Of a DNA stretch of 24,970 nt, positions 16,850 to 24,082 are shown piece by piece. The position numbers and the translations under genes were made by a program. Source of the stretch: a virus (Duplodnaviria > Caudoviricetes); the IMG/VR virus record IMGVR_UViG_3300032318_000081, positions 1-24,970 of that record. One strand, given 5' to 3'. Position 1 is the first letter of the stretch. The number at the start of each line of letters is the position of its first letter. The notes under the pieces were generated by a model. It worked only from the letters and a program-made list of their open reading frames with translations, was not told where the DNA came from and did not search any database.

Positions 16850-17007
16850 TACGACCACAAAAGCTACCCGTAGCCTCACCAAGAGGCGGAAACAGAGGAT
16901 GCCTCTGCAAGGACAATACCTACTCACGTAAGTGCTGCGATGGCTCTCTGCCTGCTCAAGGCATCGGCTCATTGACTGGTCAAGGTGATGTAGAACTCAA
17001 CCCATAA
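16846..17007 (+). CDS. Cys-rich micro-protein (53 aa, ...SPRGGNRGCLCKDNTYSRKCCDGSLPAQGIG...), not in the ORF track
   Basis: ATGA overlap at 16846 and TAA at 17005-17007; CxC...CC motif. Confidence 0.75.
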   Translation: MIRPQKLPVASPRGGNRGCLCKDNTYSRKCCDGSLPAQGIGSLTGQGDVELNP

Positions 17008-17012
17008 AATGT

Positions 17013-17042
17013 TACAAATAACCAACCCTCTTTTATTTAGTT
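17013..17042 (+). promoter_or_regulatory. Candidate late promoter TACAAA-N13-TTTATTTAGTT
   Basis: Same bipartite motif and spacing as at 19292-19321. Confidence 0.6.
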
Positions 17043-17046
17043 AGAT

Positions 17047-17640
17047 ATGAAAGCAAATAATATCCTTAACCGCATCCTTGCCGAACTCAGCTCCATTCGT
17101 GAGGTTAAGTTTGAGCAAATGACCCTTGAGAACGGTGCCGTTCTTGAGGCTGAAGTATTTGAAGCAGGAAACGAAGTATTTGTCATTAGTGGCGAAGACC
17201 GTGTTCCTGCTCCTGTTGGTGAGCATCTTCTTGCTGATGGCCGTGTATTGGTTATCGCTGAAGAAGGTGTAATCGCTGAAATCAAAGAGGCTGCTGCCGA
17301 AGAAGAAGCAAGCGTTGAGATTGAGGTTGAAGCCTCAGTTGAAGAACCCGCTACTGAACTCGCAGAAGTTGAAGTAAAAGAAGAAGCTCCTGCCGTTGCA
17401 GCCATCGTGGAGAAAGTCCTTGAGGAGATTGCAATGATGCGTGAGGAGATGAAAGCAATGCGTGAGGAGATGGGCGGCTACGCCAAGAAGGAGGAGATGG
17501 CATCGGTTAAAGCCGAGCTTTCTGCCGCACCTGCTGCGAAGCCCATCAAACACAACCCCGAAAAAAAGCAAGTCAACAAGGTTGAATTTAATCGCCCCGC
17601 AAAGGCGATTGACCGAGTCCTTGCACGTCTTAACAAATAA
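17047..17640 (+). CDS. Capsid scaffolding protein
   Basis: Very acidic, Glu/Ala-rich coiled coil with a basic C-terminal helix (IDRVLARLNK); between the protease and major capsid genes. Confidence 0.7.
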   Translation: MKANNILNRILAELSSIREVKFEQMTLENGAVLEAEVFEAGNEVFVISGEDRVPAPVGEHLLADGRVLVIAEEGVIAEIKEAAAEEEASVEIEVEASVEEPATELAEVEVKEEAPAVAAIVEKVLEEIAMMREEMKAMREEMGGYAKKEEMASVKAELSAAPAAKPIKHNPEKKQVNKVEFNRPAKAIDRVLARLNK

Positions 17641-17658
17641 TAAAACCCGAAAAATCAA

Positions 17659-18585
17659 ATGGCTACGACCACCACGATTACCACTTCGTACGCTGGACAA
17701 TTTGCCAGCAAGTACATCTCTGCTGCTCTGTTGAGCGCAGACACGCTGGACAAAGGACTCATTGAAATCCTTCCCAACGTAAACTACCGCACCACCCTTC
17801 AGAAGGTTAACACCGACTCTATCGTTCGTGACGCAACTTGCGACTTTGACGCTACGTCTACGCTGACCTTGACTGACCGTGTTCTTGAGGTTGAACCGTT
17901 CCAAGTTAACCTGCAACTCTGCAAGAAGGACTACTACGATTCTTGGATTGGTGGTCAAATGGGCTTCTCTGCTTACGATAGCATCCCCGCTTCGTTCGCT
18001 GACTTCCTTATCGCCCACGTTGCTGCTAAGACTGCCCAAAAGATTGAGCAGAACATCTGGAATGGTAACGCTGCTTCTGCTGGTGAATTCTCTGGCTTCC
18101 TGTCTTTGATGACTGCTGACTCTGACGTTGTTGACGTAACGGCTACCACCGTAACGGCTTCTAACGTAATCACCGAGCTTGGTAAGGTTGTAGACGCTAT
18201 CCCCGCTGCCCTTTACGGCAAGGAGGACTTGACCATTTACGTTCCGCAAAACGTTGCTAAGGCTTACGTTCGTGCTTTGGGTGGCTTCGCTGCTGCTGGT
18301 GTAGGTGCTAACGGTCTTGACAACAAAGGCACGATGTGGTACGGTGACCAGCCTCTGTTCTTTGATGGTATCAAAGTAGCTATGGCTAACGGCCTTCCTT
18401 CAAACCGTATGGTTGCTGCTCAGTCTTCTAACCTGTTCTTCGGTACGGGTCTGCTGAACGAGCGTAACGAGGTTCGTGTCCTTGATATGGCTGACCTTGA
18501 CGGCTCTGACAACATCCGTGTAATCTTGCGCTTCTTCGCAGGTGTTCAGTACGGTATCGGTTCTGACGTAGTTCTCTACTCTTAA
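17659..18585 (+). CDS. Major capsid protein
   Basis: 308 aa, strongly biased highly-expressed codon usage, follows the scaffold, IEQNIWNG motif, terminator downstream. Confidence 0.8.
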   Translation: MATTTTITTSYAGQFASKYISAALLSADTLDKGLIEILPNVNYRTTLQKVNTDSIVRDATCDFDATSTLTLTDRVLEVEPFQVNLQLCKKDYYDSWIGGQMGFSAYDSIPASFADFLIAHVAAKTAQKIEQNIWNGNAASAGEFSGFLSLMTADSDVVDVTATTVTASNVITELGKVVDAIPAALYGKEDLTIYVPQNVAKAYVRALGGFAAAGVGANGLDNKGTMWYGDQPLFFDGIKVAMANGLPSNRMVAAQSSNLFFGTGLLNERNEVRVLDMADLDGSDNIRVILRFFAGVQYGIGSDVVLYS

Positions 18586-18608
18586 TCCGAGTCATAGTTT
18601 AAACCACG

Positions 18609-18641
18609 AGGGGGTGTGGGTTCTGCCCCGCCCCCTTTTTT
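18609..18641 (+). terminator. Rho-independent terminator after the major capsid gene
   Basis: AGGGGGTGTGGG-TTCTG-CCCCGCCCCCT stem plus T-tract. Confidence 0.75.
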
Positions 18642-18663
18642 AATTCTAAAAAACAAACAAACA

Positions 18664-19215
18664 ATGCCTTGCGATTTAACATTAGGACGTGCAGTACCGT
18701 GTAAAGACGTAGTCGGTGGGATTAACAAAGTATTCTTCATCAACTACGATGACTTGGGTACGGTTACTCTGTCATCTGACGATAGCATCAGCAACATTTC
18801 AGGCACGTTTACTGCCTACGAATATGATGTAAAAGGAAACTCATCTTTTGAGCAGACTATCAACTCAAGCCGTGAGAATGGTACTACCTTCTTCACGCAG
18901 ACGTTGAACTTGACCTTGACCAAGCTCACGAAGCAGGACAATAAGCAATTGAAGTTGATGGCTTACGGCCGCCCTCAGGTGGTTGTACAGGACTACAACG
19001 GCAATGCGTTTATGATGGGTCTTAACTACGGAGCAGAGGTTACGGGTGGAACGATTGTAACGGGTGCTGCTATGGGTGACCTTTCTGGCTACACGTTGAC
19101 TCTTGAGGCTCAGGAGCAACTGCCCGCCAACTTCATTGATGGTGCTACGGTTGCAAATCCGTTTGCAGGACTTGCAGGTGCAGTTGAAACCATTGTTGTG
19201 GGTTCCAACTCATAA
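18664..19215 (+). CDS. Major tail (tube) protein
   Basis: MPCDLTLGRAVPCKDVVGGI...SRENGTTFFTQTLNLTL...GYTLTLEAQE. ATG 18664 follows the A-rich leader AAACAAACAAACA; the track's GTG 18616 start lies inside the terminator. Confidence 0.7.
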   Translation: MPCDLTLGRAVPCKDVVGGINKVFFINYDDLGTVTLSSDDSISNISGTFTAYEYDVKGNSSFEQTINSSRENGTTFFTQTLNLTLTKLTKQDNKQLKLMAYGRPQVVVQDYNGNAFMMGLNYGAEVTGGTIVTGAAMGDLSGYTLTLEAQEQLPANFIDGATVANPFAGLAGAVETIVVGSNS

Positions 19216-19225
19216 CGTATATTTG
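19195..19225 (+). promoter_or_regulatory. Bacteroidota primary-sigma promoter GTTGTGG-N14-CGTATATTTG
   Basis: Same architecture as 2044-2074 (GTTGTGG-N14-CGTACATTTG). Confidence 0.6.
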
Positions 19226-19227
19226 TG

Positions 19228-19290
19228 TTGTGCTATTGAACGGAATGGCGCAAATGGATGGAGAAGGGGGGCGAAAGCCCCTCTTTTTTT
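19228..19290 (+). ncRNA. Candidate ~60-nt small RNA (two hairpins)
   Basis: Promoter immediately upstream; hairpin TTGTGCTATT-GAACGG-AATGGCGCAA; then the terminator. Confidence 0.4.
19263..19290 (+). terminator. Rho-independent terminator with GAAA tetraloop
   Basis: GGGGC-GAAA-GCCCC followed by TCTTTTTTT. Confidence 0.9.
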
Positions 19291-19291
19291 A

Positions 19292-19321
19292 TACAAAAGT
19301 TTAGGCGGAGGTTATTTAGTT
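19292..19321 (+). promoter_or_regulatory. Candidate late promoter TACAAA-N13-GTTATTTAGTT
   Basis: Directly after a terminator and 3 nt before ATG 19325; matches 17013-17042. Confidence 0.6.
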
Positions 19322-19324
19322 GAG

Positions 19325-19759
19325 ATGCATATTCTACAAGTATCGGCTTTGCCTCAAACAATTACCATCATCCCTCGTGAGTTTGTTTTTTCTCAAGAGG
19401 ATTTGGATTTTTACTTTGAGCGTGTGTTGCTTGATAATGGTACGCTTGAGGGCGTATTATGCGTTGAGAGCGCATTAAACAACCTTGATGGTGTTACGCT
19501 ACTCTTGACCGATGAAAGCACCAACACAACCGCTACAATCAATCCTACGATTGAGGAGGCAAACGGCTTTATGTACCTGACTTCTACCTTTACATTGGTC
19601 AACAACCGATTCTACGGACTGAAGGTATTTTACGATGGAGATTTAATCTACCGAGATAGGGTCTTCGTAACGCCACAAACTGACTACGCCAAATTCACGG
19701 TAAACCAAAATGTCTACACGGAAGAAACAAGCTACGACAATGACTACATCATCATCTAA
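19325..19759 (+). CDS. Virion structural protein (possible head-closure/neck protein) with one copy of the RV..DNG motif
   Basis: MHILQVSALPQTITIIPR...; beta-rich; precedes the portal. The track start at 19103 crosses a terminator. Confidence 0.55.
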   Translation: MHILQVSALPQTITIIPREFVFSQEDLDFYFERVLLDNGTLEGVLCVESALNNLDGVTLLLTDESTNTTATINPTIEEANGFMYLTSTFTLVNNRFYGLKVFYDGDLIYRDRVFVTPQTDYAKFTVNQNVYTEETSYDNDYIII

Positions 19760-21503
19760 AGTCCACGTAGTAAACCTGTCCTCTTACACCACCCCTAACA
19801 TCACAGAGGTGCAGGGTAAAGATTGGGTATCCTATGGTGATGACAATAACTACTTTCAGTACCTGATTGACCGATACAACGGCTCACCAACCAACAACGC
19901 CCTAATCAATGGCGTGGTGGACTTTATCTACGGCAAGGGATTGGATGCTACGGATTCTGCTCGTAAGCCAAGTGAGTACGCAGCAATGCGTGGCCTGTTC
20001 ACTAAGGACTGCGTAAAGCAGCTCGTTGCTGACTATAAGATGATGGGTCAATGTGCCATTCAGGTCATCTACTCTCAAGACCACAATATGATTGTAGAGA
20101 TTGCCCACATTCCCATTGAAACGCTCCGTGCGGAGAAGTGCGATGAGGATGGCGAGATTAAGGGTTATTACTACGCCAAGAGTTGGTCGGATGTTGCTTC
20201 ACGCAAAGAAACGCCTGTACGCATCCCTGCGTTCGGAACGAGCAAGGAAGGTCTTGAGGTGTTGTACATCAAGCCATACCGAGCAGGATTCTACTACTAC
20301 TCACCCGTAGACTATCAAGGCGGCCTGCCGTATGCAGACCTTGAGGAGGAGATTGCGAACTTTCACATCAACAACATCCAGAACGGCCTCAACCCTTCTA
20401 TGCTCATCAACTTCAACAACGGAGTACCCAGCGAGGAGGAGCGCAGAACTATTGAGATGCAGATTGCAAACAAGTTCAGCGGCACGAATAACGCAGGAAA
20501 GTTTATCTTGGCGTTCAATGACAATGCTGAATCAAAAGCTACGCTTGATACGGTACAACTGAGTGATGCTCACAACCAATATCAGTTCTTGTCCAACGAG
20601 GCAATGCAGAAGCTGATGGTGGCTCACCGCATCACTTCTCCTATGCTTATGGGCATCAAGGATAGCTCAGGCTTAGGAAACAACGCAGAGGAGCTTAAAA
20701 CGGCTTCTATCCTGTTTGAGAACATCGTAATCAAGCCGATGCAAGAAACGCTGCTTGATGGATTTGAGAAGATTCTTATCTACAACGACATCAACCTCAA
20801 CCTGTACTTCAAAACGCTTCAGCCTCTTGAGTTCAGCAATGACATTGAAACGCCAATGGACGCTGAAACCCGTGAAGAAGAAACGGGAGTGAAGTTATCC
20901 AGCCAAGAGCCGAGCGATGAGCATTTTGATGAGGTCTTTGCTGCTTTGGAAGAAGTAGGCGAGGTCATCAACGAAGATGAATGGGAACTTGTAGATGAGC
21001 GTCCCGTTGACTACGAAGCAGAGCAAGCATTGAGCAAGTACGCCTTCGCATCAACAGGCAGCGCATTCCCGAACGCTAAAAGCTCGCAGGATGGCGTAAC
21101 CGAAGAAGGTCGCAGGTACAAAGTACGCTACGCTTACGCTCCGAATGCTACGAAGGCCAATAGCCGTGAGTTCTGCAAGAAGATGGTAGCAGCAAGCAAG
21201 GTATACCGCAAGGAGGACATTGAGCGCATGGGAAGCCAAGCGGTAAACGCAGGATTCGGTGTAGCAGGAGCAGCCACGTACTCTATCTGGTTGTATAAGG
21301 GCGGAGCAAGATGCCACCACTTCTGGATGCGTAAGACCTACCTCGCAAAAGCCGAAGGCGTAACGCCTGATGTAGGCAACCCCAACGCTGAGGTCACGGT
21401 AAACCAAGCCAAGCGAGCAGGAGTAGATTTAGAGCAGAACCCTTCGGATGTTGCAAAGCGTCCAACGGATATGCCAAACAATGGATTTGTAAACCCACGA
21501 TAA
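19740..21503 (+). CDS. Portal protein with C-terminal extension (minor-head/MuF-like Cys/His domain)
   Basis: YGDDNNY, SPTNNALI, NNIQNGLNPSMLI, FSGTNNAGKFIL and MVAHRITSP.LMGI portal motifs; extension SREFCKKM...KGGARCHHFW. Start ATG 19740 (or 19710). Confidence 0.8.
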   Translation: MTTSSSKVHVVNLSSYTTPNITEVQGKDWVSYGDDNNYFQYLIDRYNGSPTNNALINGVVDFIYGKGLDATDSARKPSEYAAMRGLFTKDCVKQLVADYKMMGQCAIQVIYSQDHNMIVEIAHIPIETLRAEKCDEDGEIKGYYYAKSWSDVASRKETPVRIPAFGTSKEGLEVLYIKPYRAGFYYYSPVDYQGGLPYADLEEEIANFHINNIQNGLNPSMLINFNNGVPSEEERRTIEMQIANKFSGTNNAGKFILAFNDNAESKATLDTVQLSDAHNQYQFLSNEAMQKLMVAHRITSPMLMGIKDSSGLGNNAEELKTASILFENIVIKPMQETLLDGFEKILIYNDINLNLYFKTLQPLEFSNDIETPMDAETREEETGVKLSSQEPSDEHFDEVFAALEEVGEVINEDEWELVDERPVDYEAEQALSKYAFASTGSAFPNAKSSQDGVTEEGRRYKVRYAYAPNATKANSREFCKKMVAASKVYRKEDIERMGSQAVNAGFGVAGAATYSIWLYKGGARCHHFWMRKTYLAKAEGVTPDVGNPNAEVTVNQAKRAGVDLEQNPSDVAKRPTDMPNNGFVNPR

Positions 21504-21506
21504 GAT

Positions 21507-22007
21507 ATGCCCACCGCCCTCTGGATAAAACGTGAAGACATTGTCCGCCAAACTGCCTTAGGCGGCAACGTGGACCAAGACAAGTACCTGCAATTCATTA
21601 AAGTAGCCCAAGAAATTCATCTTCAAAACTACACGGGTACTCGTTTGTACGACAAGATTAGCAACGATATTCTTGCGGGGACTCTCACGGGTCGCTACTT
21701 GGCATTGCTAAACGACTACCTTCAGCCGATGCTCATACATTGGGCTATGGTGGAGTACTTGCCTTTTGCTGCGTACACGATTGCCAATGGCGGGGTATAC
21801 AAGCACACAAGCGAGAATTCAACAAGCGTAGAGAAAAACGAGGTTGACTTTTTGGTGGAGAAGGAGCGCAACATTGCTCAGTACTATACTGACCGCTTCA
21901 TCACCTATATGAGCTACAACCAAGCGCAGTTTCCTGAATACTATCAAAACTCAAATGCCGATGTCTTCCCCGATACGGACGCAAACTTTTCAAGCTGGGT
22001 GCTTTAG
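21507..22007 (+). CDS. Head-tail adaptor/connector protein
   Basis: Helical 166-aa protein after the portal; IKVAQEIHLQNYTGTRLYDKI...LQPMLIHWA. Confidence 0.6.
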   Translation: MPTALWIKREDIVRQTALGGNVDQDKYLQFIKVAQEIHLQNYTGTRLYDKISNDILAGTLTGRYLALLNDYLQPMLIHWAMVEYLPFAAYTIANGGVYKHTSENSTSVEKNEVDFLVEKERNIAQYYTDRFITYMSYNQAQFPEYYQNSNADVFPDTDANFSSWVL

Positions 22008-22083
22008 TAAGAAGCAATATGAACCTAAGAAGGGCAATATACTCAAGCTGCAAAGTTATTTAAAAGAGAAAGAGAAGAAATGA
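21961..22083 (+). CDS. Possible small basic ORF (...SKKQYEPKKGNILKLQSYLKEKEKK); start uncertain
   Basis: Frame open from ATG 21961; TGA 22081-22083 overlaps ATG 22080. Confidence 0.4.
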   Translation: MSSPIRTQTFQAGCFSKKQYEPKKGNILKLQSYLKEKEKK

Positions 22084-22397
22084 ACCTAATCAGCTGGGGT
22101 ATTATATATTGTTCGTCTTGGTTTGGACAAACCGATGAAACGACCTTGTCCATCCAGAACGAGTCAGCACCTCCGTGCTTCTCTCCTGCAAATGAAATCG
22201 TAGACCAATACGTAACCCGTGTAACCAATGATGGTGGGGTAGTTGAGGGGTACGATTGCTTGGTGGCTGCTATTCAGGACTTGAACGAGGACACCTACTA
22301 CGATATTTTTGATACTTAAATCCAGCGTATGACCGATGACGGAGCAACATTGGAGGGAGAAGAATGCTTGATTGACCAACTATTTATTTTGAACTGA
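22080..22397 (+). CDS. Small virion-associated protein with two tandem RV..DGG motifs, interrupted by an in-frame TAA at 22317-22319
   Basis: After the TAA the frame reads IQRMTDDGATLEGEECLIDQLFILN, a second motif copy, and its TGA overlaps the next ATG (TGATG). Confidence 0.7.
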
Positions 22398-24079
22398 TGA
22401 GCAGTTATTTTGATGAGGCAAGCCTCGTAATGATTCCTTCGGGATACAAGAACCAAAAGGTCTACTCGGTGAAGCCTTTGGATGGGTCGGGTGACCTTAC
22501 GTTCAGCCGTGCCTCAAGTGCAACCCGTGTTGCAAGTAATGGCCTTATTGAGAAGGTGCGTACGAATCTTGCTACTTATAGCAGTGACTTTGCAAGCTCT
22601 GGCTCTCCTATTGATGCAACGGTTTCAACAAATACAACTACTGACCCTTTTGGCACTTCGCTTGCTGATTCTTTGCTTGAGGCAGCAACTACGGGAAACC
22701 ACCTTTGGTATCGTGACTTTACTGTTGTAAATGGTTACGAGGTAACATTCTCTGTTTATGTAAAAAGCATTGGAGGTCGCAATGTGCGCATCTCTGGAAG
22801 CACAGGTACTGGTTCTGAATTAGCCGTTGTTGACTTGTCAAATGGTTCAATTCTTGCATCAAGTGGTGCAGTAAGCGTAACGTCTGTTGGTAGCGGTTGG
22901 TATCGTATTAGCGTTACAACTACTTCAACGGGAACAACTGTACGATTCATTGCTTACGCAGCTGATGGAACGTCTATTTCTTATGCTGGCAACACATCAA
23001 AAGGAATCTACCTTTTTGGTCAGCAGTTGGAGTATGGGGTAATGACCGCCTACATCGCCACCACCAGCGCAGCGGTAAGCGTTGGCCCAGTTAGTGGGTT
23101 ACCCCGTTTGGACTACCTTGGGTCAACATGCCCAAAAATTCTCCTGGAACCAAGCAGAACGAACACCTGCCTATGGTCAGAACAGTTTAATAACGCAGGA
23201 TGGAGTACGGACAATAGCGGCGGAACCGGTACAATCACCAGGACGGCAAATTACGCAACCAGTCCAGACGGAACAACCAACGCGGATAGAATTCAAATCA
23301 CGCGCGGTTCTATTTACGCAAACATTTTTCAATCGGTAAGCACTACCGTTGGCCAAACATACACGGCAAGCGTTTACCTTAAGTCATTGTCGGGTACACC
23401 GGCCGTTAGTATGCTTTATGCTGACACGGCATATCGCAAAACGTTAACGACCGAGTGGGCGCGTTACACCGTAACATTTACGGCAACTGGAACCAGCGCC
23501 GCGCCTTTGATTGGCCTCTTTGCTGGGGATGCAGCCAGCTGCGACGTTTTGGCCTACGGCTACCAGTTCGAACTTGGTGCCTACGCCAGCTCGTACATCC
23601 CCACATTGGGAACGAGCGTTACAAGGGTTGCGGATGCTGCTTCTAAAACGGGCATTAGCTCGCTTATCGGGCAGACGGAGGGGACTTTGTTTGTTGATTT
23701 GACTGAAGTGAATGATTTGGACTTCCCTGAAATCACGATAGACAATAACAACAATACCGACCGAATCGTACTTACTCGCTCAGCTGCTGGTAACTGGGGA
23801 ATCTTTGTAGCTTCATCGGCTGCTTCTACCTACTCGGTGTACTCTACAACGTCATCAAGCAGCGGAAAATTTGCGCTTGCTTATTCATCGGCTGGGTACA
23901 CGCTATACCGAAATGGGGTGCAGATTGTAACGGGAACGTATAACCTTCCTACTGCTCTGTCGGCAGTACGACTGAATGGGCGTTCATCTTCTGACTTCTA
24001 CGCTACCAAGAAAGTAGGTCAACTTGTTATTTTCCCTACTCGTTTGTCAAATAGCGACCTCGCTGCCTTAACTGCCTAA
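22397..24079 (+). CDS. Fibre/spike-like structural protein with repeated carbohydrate-binding-like beta-sandwich modules and a LamG-like C-terminus
   Basis: ASLVMIPSGYK...FSRASSATRV N-terminus; two modules RTN...(Y/W)S..F...SVY.K...W.R..VT...Q(L/F)E.G....YI.T; Ser/Thr/Gly-rich. Confidence 0.7.
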   Translation: MSSYFDEASLVMIPSGYKNQKVYSVKPLDGSGDLTFSRASSATRVASNGLIEKVRTNLATYSSDFASSGSPIDATVSTNTTTDPFGTSLADSLLEAATTGNHLWYRDFTVVNGYEVTFSVYVKSIGGRNVRISGSTGTGSELAVVDLSNGSILASSGAVSVTSVGSGWYRISVTTTSTGTTVRFIAYAADGTSISYAGNTSKGIYLFGQQLEYGVMTAYIATTSAAVSVGPVSGLPRLDYLGSTCPKILLEPSRTNTCLWSEQFNNAGWSTDNSGGTGTITRTANYATSPDGTTNADRIQITRGSIYANIFQSVSTTVGQTYTASVYLKSLSGTPAVSMLYADTAYRKTLTTEWARYTVTFTATGTSAAPLIGLFAGDAASCDVLAYGYQFELGAYASSYIPTLGTSVTRVADAASKTGISSLIGQTEGTLFVDLTEVNDLDFPEITIDNNNNTDRIVLTRSAAGNWGIFVASSAASTYSVYSTTSSSSGKFALAYSSAGYTLYRNGVQIVTGTYNLPTALSAVRLNGRSSSDFYATKKVGQLVIFPTRLSNSDLAALTA

Positions 24080-24082
24080 CCT

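Noticed and set aside
17335-18249. 304-aa minus-strand ORF opposite the scaffold and capsid genes
   Set aside because: It is in codon register with the highly biased + strand genes (scarce TTA/CTA/TCA codons give no antisense stops) and has no recognisable motifs; a shadow ORF.
17047-18585. Scaffold-capsid readthrough fusion (the genes are in the same frame)
   Set aside because: They are separated by tandem TAA TAA stops, and the capsid gene has its own A-rich initiation region.
14263-22061. Additional GTTATTT matches at 14264 and 22055 (also 2221) as late promoters
   Set aside because: They lie inside coding frames and lack both the upstream TACAAA box and an ATG 4-8 nt downstream.
504-22950. 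All other minus-strand ORFs and off-frame + strand ORFs in the track
   Set aside because: They overlap well-supported + strand genes almost entirely and have no motifs or expression signals.
22397-24079. Diversity-generating retroelement or invertase-based fibre switching
   Set aside because: No reverse transcriptase, no near-identical template/variable repeat pair and no invertase or inverted repeats seen in this window.
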